Source: a bacterium
Lineage (GTDB): Bacteria; Patescibacteriota; Minisyncoccia; Moranbacterales; GWC2-37-73
Reading direction: 5' to 3'
DNA: 64,000 nucleotides
NCBI GenBank assembly: GCA_003251635.1
Contig: QKEW01000001.1
Coordinates: 15,588 to 79,587 of the forward strand
The position numbers were made by a program, and so were the translations under genes. Shown here piece by piece: positions 55,731 through 63,683 of the stretch. The stretch's first letter is position 1, and the number at the start of each line of letters is the position of its first letter. The notes under the pieces were generated by a model. That model worked only from the letters and a program-made list of their open reading frames with translations. It was not told where the DNA came from and ran no database searches.

Positions 55731-56930
55731 ATGAATTATTTTATAAGTAAATTTAGAATAATTATTTCTTTCGCTCTGAGAGATTTTTCTAAGAGTCGTT
55801 TTGTTTTGATGTTTACAATTATTGGTTTAAGCTCAGCTTTTACAGCTGTGTTTTTATCTAGGGGTATTTTGGACGGCTTTCGAACTACCCTGGAGAGTGG
55901 TGCTGTTGATGTCATTGGACACTTGATTGTATATCCTCAAGAAGGGGAGGATGAAATAGAAAAGGTTGATTCACTAATCGAAAAAATAAAAAAGATTGAT
56001 AATGTTCAAGCTCTTAGTCTTAGGAATCAGACGTTTGTCATGCTTGAATACAAGGGTCATGTCCCCGGTTCCTATACTGGATTGGGTATAGATTTTAAAC
56101 AAGAATCTCAAACAACTAAATTGCCATTTGATATTGTTGAGGGTAGATTCTTGAGTGGAAAAGATTCCAAAGAAATAGTTATTGGTCAAAATTTGGCAGA
56201 CGCTTTGGTGGATCTAGAGTATGATGGCGAGAAAGTTCCAGTTGGTGCTAAAGTTCAAGTCATAACAACTTCAGGTCAAAAAATTTCCTATAAGGTGGTT
56301 GGAATATTGGATGGTAAAACATTTGTTCCAAATTGGATGGCGTATTTCAATAAGGATGAGATGGAAAGAATTGAGCCTCAAACTAAAAATAATCAAATCA
56401 TAATAAAATTGAAAGACGAAAATTTTTTGGAGGAAACTAGAGAATTGATTCAAAGTCAGAATCCAAATGTTAGAGTTAGGACTTGGCATGAGGAAGCTAC
56501 TTATGTAGATGACATGGTTTTGGCGACTCAATTTATAACAGGTTCAATTGTAGTCCTTTTGGTTATTTCAGTGATAATAGTTACCAGTGTGATCATATTT
56601 ATCAATGTTTATAATCGTCGTCGCCAAATTGGTATTTTGAAATCAATGGGGGCCAGTAATCGTTTTATTATTATAATTTATTTAAGTGAAGCTCTTCTTT
56701 ATTCAACAACTGCTTTTATTTTTGGATTTTTATTTTTCATGTTGATTAACATAAAGTCAATTGAAAATCCTATCCCTCTATTGATTGGAGATTTTCACAC
56801 AGAATTTAACTCGCGCGATATTGTCCCCCTAGCTTTGATTTTTGTGGTTGCTACTTTTGGAGGTAGTTTATTTCCCGCTTTGTCTGCAGCTAAAACTCGT
56901 ATAGCTGATGTTTTGCGAAATGTTATATAA
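55731..56930 (+). CDS. Second paralogous FtsX/LolE-like ABC permease
   Basis: Same architecture; ...NRRRQIGILKSMGASNRFI... 399 aa. Confidence 0.8.
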   Translation: MNYFISKFRIIISFALRDFSKSRFVLMFTIIGLSSAFTAVFLSRGILDGFRTTLESGAVDVIGHLIVYPQEGEDEIEKVDSLIEKIKKIDNVQALSLRNQTFVMLEYKGHVPGSYTGLGIDFKQESQTTKLPFDIVEGRFLSGKDSKEIVIGQNLADALVDLEYDGEKVPVGAKVQVITTSGQKISYKVVGILDGKTFVPNWMAYFNKDEMERIEPQTKNNQIIIKLKDENFLEETRELIQSQNPNVRVRTWHEEATYVDDMVLATQFITGSIVVLLVISVIIVTSVIIFINVYNRRRQIGILKSMGASNRFIIIIYLSEALLYSTTAFIFGFLFFMLINIKSIENPIPLLIGDFHTEFNSRDIVPLALIFVVATFGGSLFPALSAAKTRIADVLRNVI

Positions 56931-56979
56931 TTTATTATTATATATTTGTAAGCATAATTTTAAAATGAAGTTTAAATAA

Positions 56980-57675
56980 ATGGAAGCTTTGGTAAGCATT
57001 AGAAATGTTTTTAAAGAATATGTTATGAGCAGCCAGTTGACGATACCGGCTCTTAACGGAATTAGCCTGGATATAATCAAAGGCGAATTTTTGGCGATTA
57101 CTGGTCACTCTGGCTCAGGAAAAAGTACCTTGCTGAATTTGCTGGGACTTTTAGATGATCCTACTCGGGGTGAAATATATTTTGCGGGAAGTGACATTCA
57201 TAATTTTACAGAAAAACAAAAAGTCAGCTTTCGTCTTAATGCTATAAGTTTTGTTTTTCAATTTTTTAATTTAATAGAAAATTATACTGCTGTTGAAAAT
57301 ATTAGTTTTCAATTATTATTGCAAGGATATAGTGGAAGGGAGGCAAAAAATAGAGCTAGGGAAATTATTGATTTTCTTGGACTTTCCGATAGGGCTTCAT
57401 TTTTTCCTCATGAGCTTTCTGGCGGGCAACAACAAAGAGTGGCGATTGGTCGCGCCTTAGCCAAAGACTCTTTGCTTATTTTGGCTGATGAGCCCACAGC
57501 CCATCTTGATTCCAAGAATGGAGAAGCCATTATTGAACTTTTACATGATATAAATAAGCAATTCAATCGCACAATAGTGCTTGTTACCCATGAAAAAGAA
57601 GAGGCTCGTCACTCTGACAGAAATATTATGATGCGTGATGGAAAAGTGGTGAATATAGTCAATGTGCAAAAATAA
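56980..57675 (+). CDS. ABC transporter ATP-binding protein (MacB/LolD type)
   Basis: Walker A GHSGSGKSTLL, signature LSGGQQQRVAIGRAL, and Walker B ILADEPT. 231 aa. Confidence 0.9.
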   Translation: MEALVSIRNVFKEYVMSSQLTIPALNGISLDIIKGEFLAITGHSGSGKSTLLNLLGLLDDPTRGEIYFAGSDIHNFTEKQKVSFRLNAISFVFQFFNLIENYTAVENISFQLLLQGYSGREAKNRAREIIDFLGLSDRASFFPHELSGGQQQRVAIGRALAKDSLLILADEPTAHLDSKNGEAIIELLHDINKQFNRTIVLVTHEKEEARHSDRNIMMRDGKVVNIVNVQK

Positions 57676-57866
57676 TTTTCTCAAATTTCTTTTCAGGCAA
57701 AAAATATGCTACAATATTGAAAATAGTAGTTTTTTAAACTCTATTAAAATCGATTATATTTCAGGAATATTTTTTGCTTTTGTTGCTGGCACCTTTTGAT
57801 TGCTAATGGAGAATTTTAAGTTATATGATTCGATTTTTGATTTAATTCGTTGCAAATTAAACATCA

Positions 57867-59429
57867 TTGATGAGTAATTTTGTAAAGTGGATTTTGATTT
57901 TGTTCTTGCTTGCGGCTATTGGATCCGTATTTTTTTGGTATTTCTTTATTTTTAAAAAAGCTGACAGTTCCGATGTTGATGAAATATCAGAGGAAACTTA
58001 TGTCGAAGTTGGGCCAGTTAAAAAAATTATTGAAATAGATGATGCTCGAGTGGCTTCCGATGACTCTTTTTCACTGGCTTTTCCGGTTAGTGGAAAAATA
58101 GAGAAAATTTATAAGCATGAGGGTAAATTTGTTTTTGAAGGAGATGAAATTGTTAAGTTGGAGACAACCGAGTTGGAGCTTCAATCTAAAATTTTGCAAA
58201 CAAAGCTATTGGCGGCTCAGGCTAATTTGGATAAGCTTTATGCTGGTGCGGTAGAGGAATATAGAAATTTAGTTGACGAGGAGTTATCTGGCGCTAAATA
58301 TGGTTTGGCAGAAGCTAGCAAGGGGGTTGTGAATGCAATTCAGGCTCTTGCCAATCAAATTGACGATGCTGTTAGGGGTAAGACGGATGAACTTTTTTCC
58401 GGTCCAAGAAGTTCAAATCCACAACTACTGGTGACTATTGGAAATTCAGATTTAGAGAATGATATTGAAGGGGGTAGGGCTGAATTAGAATCGGATATGG
58501 ATGATATTGTAGATATGGCAGAATCAATAAAGACGTCTGATGATCTTGAGAAAAAAACCTCCAAGGCAAGAAAGATTACTGAAAACACCCAAGAATATTT
58601 AACCAAGCTAGCCTCCTTGATTAATCAGTTAAGTGTTTCGGGTGAACTAACTCAGGACCTGATTGATAGATATAAATCTGAGGTTTCTTTGGCTCGGACT
58701 CAGGTTAACACCGCTGTCGCATCTCTGGGTTTGGTAATGGAAGATTATTCGGAACTTGAGGTTGATAGAAAAGTGGCTAAAAGTAAATTGTATTTAGTTG
58801 AAGCTAATCCTCGAGTTGAGGATATAACTATAGCTCAAGCTGGGATTGATGAAATAAGTATTCAAATAGATATTTTAAATAATCACATTAAGGATTCCAC
58901 TATCAAGGCAAGTAAGGCTGGTTTTTTAAAGAAAATATTTTTTGACGAGCAAGAGATAATCCCAGAAGGTGTTCCGGAGGTTATCTTGGAAAGTGTAGAT
59001 CTTTATGTAGAAGCTGATATTCCAGAGGAGAATATTTCAAAAATCGATAGTGGGGTTATCGCGACTGTCAAATTCGAAGCGATAGGAGGAAAACAATTCA
59101 AAGGCGAAGTTGAGCTTATTGAGCCTTACGCCATAGAAAAAGATGGTGATGTTTTTTATCGTTCTCATGTAAGGATTGATGATCTTGATTCTGGGGTGAG
59201 GGTTGGGATGACGGCTGAGGTTTCCATTGAATCATTAGAGGATATTTCATCCTTGAGAATTCCTATTGGATATGTTATTGATCGCGGAAGTAAAAGTTTC
59301 GTAATAGTTTCAAAGGGTTTGGTAAGGGAGGAGGTTGAAATAGAAAAAGGCATAGAAGACGAAGGTTTTATTCAGGTTCAAGGAGGTCAAATAAGTGAAG
59401 GGGATAAAATCATTTTTCCAAAAATTTAA
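57867..59429 (+). CDS. HlyD/MacA-like periplasmic adaptor (membrane fusion protein) with a long coiled coil
   Basis: N-terminal TM, lipoyl-like VSGKIEKIYKHEGKFVFEGDEIVKLE, an alpha-helical hairpin of about 250 aa, and a C-terminal beta-barrel GMTAEVSIE. Confidence 0.65.
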   Translation: MMSNFVKWILILFLLAAIGSVFFWYFFIFKKADSSDVDEISEETYVEVGPVKKIIEIDDARVASDDSFSLAFPVSGKIEKIYKHEGKFVFEGDEIVKLETTELELQSKILQTKLLAAQANLDKLYAGAVEEYRNLVDEELSGAKYGLAEASKGVVNAIQALANQIDDAVRGKTDELFSGPRSSNPQLLVTIGNSDLENDIEGGRAELESDMDDIVDMAESIKTSDDLEKKTSKARKITENTQEYLTKLASLINQLSVSGELTQDLIDRYKSEVSLARTQVNTAVASLGLVMEDYSELEVDRKVAKSKLYLVEANPRVEDITIAQAGIDEISIQIDILNNHIKDSTIKASKAGFLKKIFFDEQEIIPEGVPEVILESVDLYVEADIPEENISKIDSGVIATVKFEAIGGKQFKGEVELIEPYAIEKDGDVFYRSHVRIDDLDSGVRVGMTAEVSIESLEDISSLRIPIGYVIDRGSKSFVIVSKGLVREEVEIEKGIEDEGFIQVQGGQISEGDKIIFPKI

Positions 59430-59442
59430 TTAAATAGATTGT

Positions 59443-60567
59443 ATGAAAAATCAGTTAATAGCGATTCGTAATGCTGTTGAGCGGTTTGTGTATAAAAATA
59501 TTTTTCGAAAAATATTTTTTTTATATGATCCGGAAAAAATTCATGATAGGATGATATTTTTTGGTAGGTGGTTGGGTAATTATTCATTTACTCGAACGCT
59601 AACGTGCCTATTCTTTGGATACAAAAATAAAATTTTGAAACAAGAAATTTCAGGATTAAATTTCAAAAATCCAATTGGTTTGGCTGCGGGATTTGATAAA
59701 AACGCTGAACTTACCAATATTTTACCCAGTGTTGGGTTTGGTTTTATGGAAGCTGGTTCAATAACAGGGGAACCGTGTGAAGGAAATAAAAAACCGCGCC
59801 TTTGGAGACTTAAAAAATCAAAGGGGCTTTTAGTATATTATGGGTTGAAAAATGATGGCTGTGAAGTAATTGCTAAGCGCCTAAATGCTAAACAAAAATT
59901 TTTTCCACTTGGAATAAGTATAGCCAAAACCAACAACAAAGATACAGTTTCCCTTGACGGCGGAGTAGCTGATTATGTTAAAGCTTATAAAAACCTCGTG
60001 GATTTAGCTGATTATATAACTGTCAATATAAGCTGCCCCAATGCTTATGGCGGATGTCCTTTTATTAGTAAGGAATATTTAAATAAACTTCTAGCTGGAT
60101 TAATGAATATTGAAAGTTCAAAACCGATTTTTTTGAAGCTATCCCCAGATCTTAGTCATGAGGAGATTGATATTATTGTTGAAGTTGCTGGGGAATATAA
60201 CGTAACAGGCTTTATTTGCACTAACCTTACCAAGAAGAGGGAGAATGCGAATTTAAAAGATGCAGACATTTCTCAGGTGGGTGGAATGAGTGGCAAGGTG
60301 GTTGCCGAGATGGCTGATGACTTGATAAAATACATATATTCCTCCACAAAGGGCGGGTTTGTTATAGTGGGTTGCGGAGGGGTTTTTTCAGCCCAGGATG
60401 CTTATAGAAAAATAAGATTGGGAGCCTCACTGATCCAATTGATTACGGGTATGATATATGAAGGACCTCAGTTGATTGGGGAGATAAACAGAGAGTTAGC
60501 TTTAATGCTTAAAAAAGATGGATTCTCATCAATTACTCAGGCAATTGGGGTTGATAATAGATCGTAA
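59443..60567 (+). CDS. Class-2 (membrane-associated, quinone-type) dihydroorotate dehydrogenase-like flavoenzyme
   Basis: GFGFMEAGSITGEPCEGNKKPRLWRL matches the DHODH GFGFVE(I/V)G(S/T)VTP.PQ.GNP.PR(L/I)FRL box, and the N-terminal amphipathic extension is typical of class 2. 374 aa. Confidence 0.7.
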   Translation: MKNQLIAIRNAVERFVYKNIFRKIFFLYDPEKIHDRMIFFGRWLGNYSFTRTLTCLFFGYKNKILKQEISGLNFKNPIGLAAGFDKNAELTNILPSVGFGFMEAGSITGEPCEGNKKPRLWRLKKSKGLLVYYGLKNDGCEVIAKRLNAKQKFFPLGISIAKTNNKDTVSLDGGVADYVKAYKNLVDLADYITVNISCPNAYGGCPFISKEYLNKLLAGLMNIESSKPIFLKLSPDLSHEEIDIIVEVAGEYNVTGFICTNLTKKRENANLKDADISQVGGMSGKVVAEMADDLIKYIYSSTKGGFVIVGCGGVFSAQDAYRKIRLGASLIQLITGMIYEGPQLIGEINRELALMLKKDGFSSITQAIGVDNRS

Positions 60568-60575
60568 CTTTATTA

Positions 60576-61259
60576 TTGTTTATGAAAAAAATTGATTTTT
60601 ACTTGGTTTGTTCGGGTGACAAAATTGAAAAAGCAAATGGTTTGATTTTATCGGAATACGGAAAAGAAGGATATGTTGATTTAACTGGAGAAAAATCAGG
60701 TTTAAATCCTTTGAAGGGGGATTTGAACTCGCAATTATTTACTTTTTTAGCTTTGAGTGATGGATTTGTGCTTGGTACAGTGAGTATTGTTGTTGATGAA
60801 AAGTGGGGACTTCCATTGGATGAAATTTTTAAGATTGAAGCTGATGGACTTAGAGCTTTCGGGGAAAAATGTGCAGAGGTTGCACGGTTAGCTGTGAATC
60901 GTCAGGCTGGGGATTTTTTTGGAATTGACCAACGTAAAATACAAATGTCTATATCATTGTCATTGTTTAAAATGGTTTTTTATTGTGCTAAAGCTAGAAA
61001 TATTGATATTCTTTGCATAACTATAAATCCTAAACATGAAAATTTCTATGAGGCTTTGGGTTTTGAATCGGTCGGTGAAATGAAAAGTTACGATACTGTT
61101 AATGGAGCGCCAGCTTTACTGAAAATCCTTAGATTGAAAAACCTAGACGTTATGAAAAATAATTTTGTTGGAAGAGAGATTTTGGAAAATCCTATTGATA
61201 TGAATGTTTTTGACCTTAAGGAGAAAAAAGACAAGATTATTTTTTCTCAAGAATTTTAG
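60576..61259 (+). CDS. GNAT-fold N-acyltransferase resembling acyl-ACP-dependent N-acyl amino acid synthases (OlsB/FeeM/Acetyltransf_5-like)
   Basis: EVARLAV...ITINPKHENFYEALGF pattern as in the OlsB/NAS/LuxI-like acyl-ACP N-acyltransferase fold. 227 aa. By-eye call; needs an HMM. Confidence 0.45.
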   Translation: MFMKKIDFYLVCSGDKIEKANGLILSEYGKEGYVDLTGEKSGLNPLKGDLNSQLFTFLALSDGFVLGTVSIVVDEKWGLPLDEIFKIEADGLRAFGEKCAEVARLAVNRQAGDFFGIDQRKIQMSISLSLFKMVFYCAKARNIDILCITINPKHENFYEALGFESVGEMKSYDTVNGAPALLKILRLKNLDVMKNNFVGREILENPIDMNVFDLKEKKDKIIFSQEF

Positions 61260-61265
61260 TTAAAA

Positions 61266-62327
61266 TCAAATATTTTTTATCATTTTTTCAAGATCTTTGC
61301 GGCCTGAGATTGAGGTTGGCTTATTGGCATAACCAGCCCTAAAAAGAGCCACGAAAGCATCGCTTTTTAAGTTTGGAAATTTTTCCGTGAAATAATTTTC
61401 AATTTCTTTTCGAATACGTTCATGTTTGGGCAAAAGGCCACCTTTTTCTAATTGCCCGTTTAAAATAAAGGCTATAGGTCCAAAAAGTGGTTGAATTGAA
61501 ATGTCATATTCTGACATTTTTAACCAGACTGACTGTAAGGCTCGACCTCCTTGAATGTAGGTATGAGGATGTTGCTTTTTTGGTATGGTCATTAGGCCTA
61601 TTGCATTAGAATGTTTGATATTATTTCTGGTATGAAGAACTGATCCAATTCCTAAAAGTTTCCAAATAAAAGGAAGTTGATTGGCTATGGCTATAGAGGG
61701 TTTAAAGAAATGTCTTTTTGGACCTAATTCTAAACTTTCAAGAGAAAGTCCGTCACTGTGAATTTTTTTTCCAAATCTAAGCATTCGAACAAGATTTTCG
61801 CGCAATTTTTGATCTTCCCAAAGAATGGTGTCGTGGGTTGATATCAATTTTGATAGTTTGGATATTTCTTGCGCAGAGTCAATCCACTGTAAGTTAACTT
61901 GATTTTCCTGAGCTAATTTGATTGCTTCGTTCTTTAGCTCAGGGTGAATAGGTTTTTTGAAAAATTTGCGTCTGTTTGTTTTTCTTTTGGTTAAGTATTC
62001 ATATAGATGCAAAGATTTCTTGGAATCTTCTTTTTCAAGAGATATTTTAGCTAAGGGTTCACCTGCATTATGTTTTAGAAGTTCTATTTTAATTTCCCAG
62101 CCCAGATGTTTTGCTTGTTGATGGATATTTTCCAGCACGGTTCCCAAGCTTACGAAATCGGCAAAATGGTTAATGTTGTAAATATGATTAGCATGAGTAT
62201 TTTCGTGGTCATGAAACAGAAAGATATTATTCTTGTCTTTTTTAAAAAGCCAAGGTTGGCAATTATCGGCAGATGGAGCCAATTGTCCCGCGGCCAATAG
62301 AATATCAAGAGGGTTTGATGAATTCAT
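61266..62327 (-). CDS. Double-length nitroreductase-family protein (Acg-like)
   Basis: N-terminal APSADNCQPW, the nitroreductase S-x-x-N-x-QPW box. 353 aa, about twice the single-domain size, with a second half ending in a G-rich flavin region. Confidence 0.5.
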   Translation of the reverse strand: MNSSNPLDILLAAGQLAPSADNCQPWLFKKDKNNIFLFHDHENTHANHIYNINHFADFVSLGTVLENIHQQAKHLGWEIKIELLKHNAGEPLAKISLEKEDSKKSLHLYEYLTKRKTNRRKFFKKPIHPELKNEAIKLAQENQVNLQWIDSAQEISKLSKLISTHDTILWEDQKLRENLVRMLRFGKKIHSDGLSLESLELGPKRHFFKPSIAIANQLPFIWKLLGIGSVLHTRNNIKHSNAIGLMTIPKKQHPHTYIQGGRALQSVWLKMSEYDISIQPLFGPIAFILNGQLEKGGLLPKHERIRKEIENYFTEKFPNLKSDAFVALFRAGYANKPTSISGRKDLEKMIKNI

Positions 62328-62721
62328 GAAAGTGATATTAATTTCCTTTATTTTTATTTTAGCAGTTTATTTTTTGAAAGCAAAGATCGTGCTTATTTTA
62401 TTGCAAACATAAATTAGGTGAGTTAAGTCTTTGCTGTAAAAACAATTAGATATTTTTTGCTCAACTTTAAATCATTGGATTTTCTTATATATTTACTTAA
62501 ATACAAATATGACCCAAATGATTATTTTTTGTTGTAGGCAGGCCGGATTTAGCCTAGTTTGAAAAGGTAAATATCATATCTAGGCTATTTCTAAATCGCT
62601 TGAGGCTCTGTTTGCTTGGTGTTATCATAAAAATGGTAAAAATATTTTGTAAAAACAATAGTTTATATAATATGTCAACTTAAATTCTGTAAAAAATTAA
62701 ATTGTAGTAATAATAAAAATT

Positions 62722-63312
62722 ATGCGGAAAATAGCTTTTATAATTCTGGGATATAATCAAAACAAGAAAAATGTGCCGGCTTTTGGAAAAATCGAATCTT
62801 TTTTTCAGGCCAAAAATTTTCAAACGGTTATGGTTGACATTGATTGGAAATATAAAACTCTTTCGGATTATGTGGCTCAGTTTGAAAAAATTTATCTGGA
62901 AAATGTCAAAAAAGATGACCAAATTTGTTTTTTAGGTTTTTCTCTTGGAGCTATGATTGCTTTGATATCTTCGGAAAAACTGAAACCAAAATTTCAAATT
63001 CTCTGTTCTTTGTCCCCCTATTTCAAGGAAGATTTGCCCAGGATTAAAAATTGGTGGAAGGTTTTTTGGGGTAAAAGGAGGATGGAAGATTTTGCCAAAT
63101 TTTCTTTGAATAAGCTGGCTAAAAATATTCCCACCAAAACCATAATTCTAGCCGGTGACAAAGAGGATTGGGAAGTTGAAATCAGAGCCAAGGAAGCTCG
63201 GCAAAAAATACGAAACAGTCAATTGATTTTTATTCCTAATGCTAAGCATGACATTGGGCAGACTGAATATCTGACAGAGGTTGAAAGAATAATTTCAGAA
63301 AAGGTTTTTTGA
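62722..63312 (+). CDS. Small alpha/beta hydrolase (serine hydrolase)
   Basis: Nucleophile elbow GFSLGA. About 196 aa with a short fold. H in PNAKHD near the C-terminus. Confidence 0.55.
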   Translation: MRKIAFIILGYNQNKKNVPAFGKIESFFQAKNFQTVMVDIDWKYKTLSDYVAQFEKIYLENVKKDDQICFLGFSLGAMIALISSEKLKPKFQILCSLSPYFKEDLPRIKNWWKVFWGKRRMEDFAKFSLNKLAKNIPTKTIILAGDKEDWEVEIRAKEARQKIRNSQLIFIPNAKHDIGQTEYLTEVERIISEKVF

Positions 63313-63418
63313 TTAAATCAGTCAAGGACTATCCCCGATCTAGTTTAATTTTCTTTTGTAAAATCACCAATCCTTCGCTTTTTTGGTAAGTATTATAATA
63401 CGTATTATTTTTCAATTA

Positions 63419-63446
63419 CCCCCGTCGGGAAACTGGCGGGGGTTTT
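63419..63446 (+). terminator. Intrinsic terminator downstream of the hydrolase gene
   Basis: cccccgtc-gggaaact-ggcggggg followed by tttt. Confidence 0.55.
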
Positions 63447-63485
63447 GTTGTGGATAAGTCGGATTTTGGGCTTGGAAAAGCCGAG

Positions 63486-63514
63486 CTTGTTGGATTCTCG
63501 GCTTGTGGTATAAT
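63486..63514 (+). promoter_or_regulatory. Putative nrdR promoter (cTTGtt, 17 nt, TATAAT with TG extension), overlapped by an 8-bp inverted repeat
   Basis: cttgttggattctcggcttgtggTATAAT. The inverted repeat aagccgag...ctcggctt spans the -35. A partial NrdR-box-like acacaagatatggt lies just downstream. Confidence 0.35.
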
Positions 63515-63683
63515 TAGTCTTACGAACACAAGATATGGTAGAAATTGTTCGAAAACACTGATTGATATTAGAAAATGAAAGTGTAAAATTGGCAAGCTGT
63601 CAAGAGCCAAAAAGGGCTTAGAAAAAACTTTCTGATAATTTCTGCCAAATGTTTTTTGGAAAATAAAAAATAATGATAAAACT

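Noticed and set aside
51177-61259. Considered whether the E1-like gene plus neighbours form a CBASS/Bil-type ubiquitin-like defence module
   Set aside because: No E2, JAB/DUB, ubiquitin-like, cyclase or effector genes are present. The neighbours are lipid-metabolism and transport enzymes.
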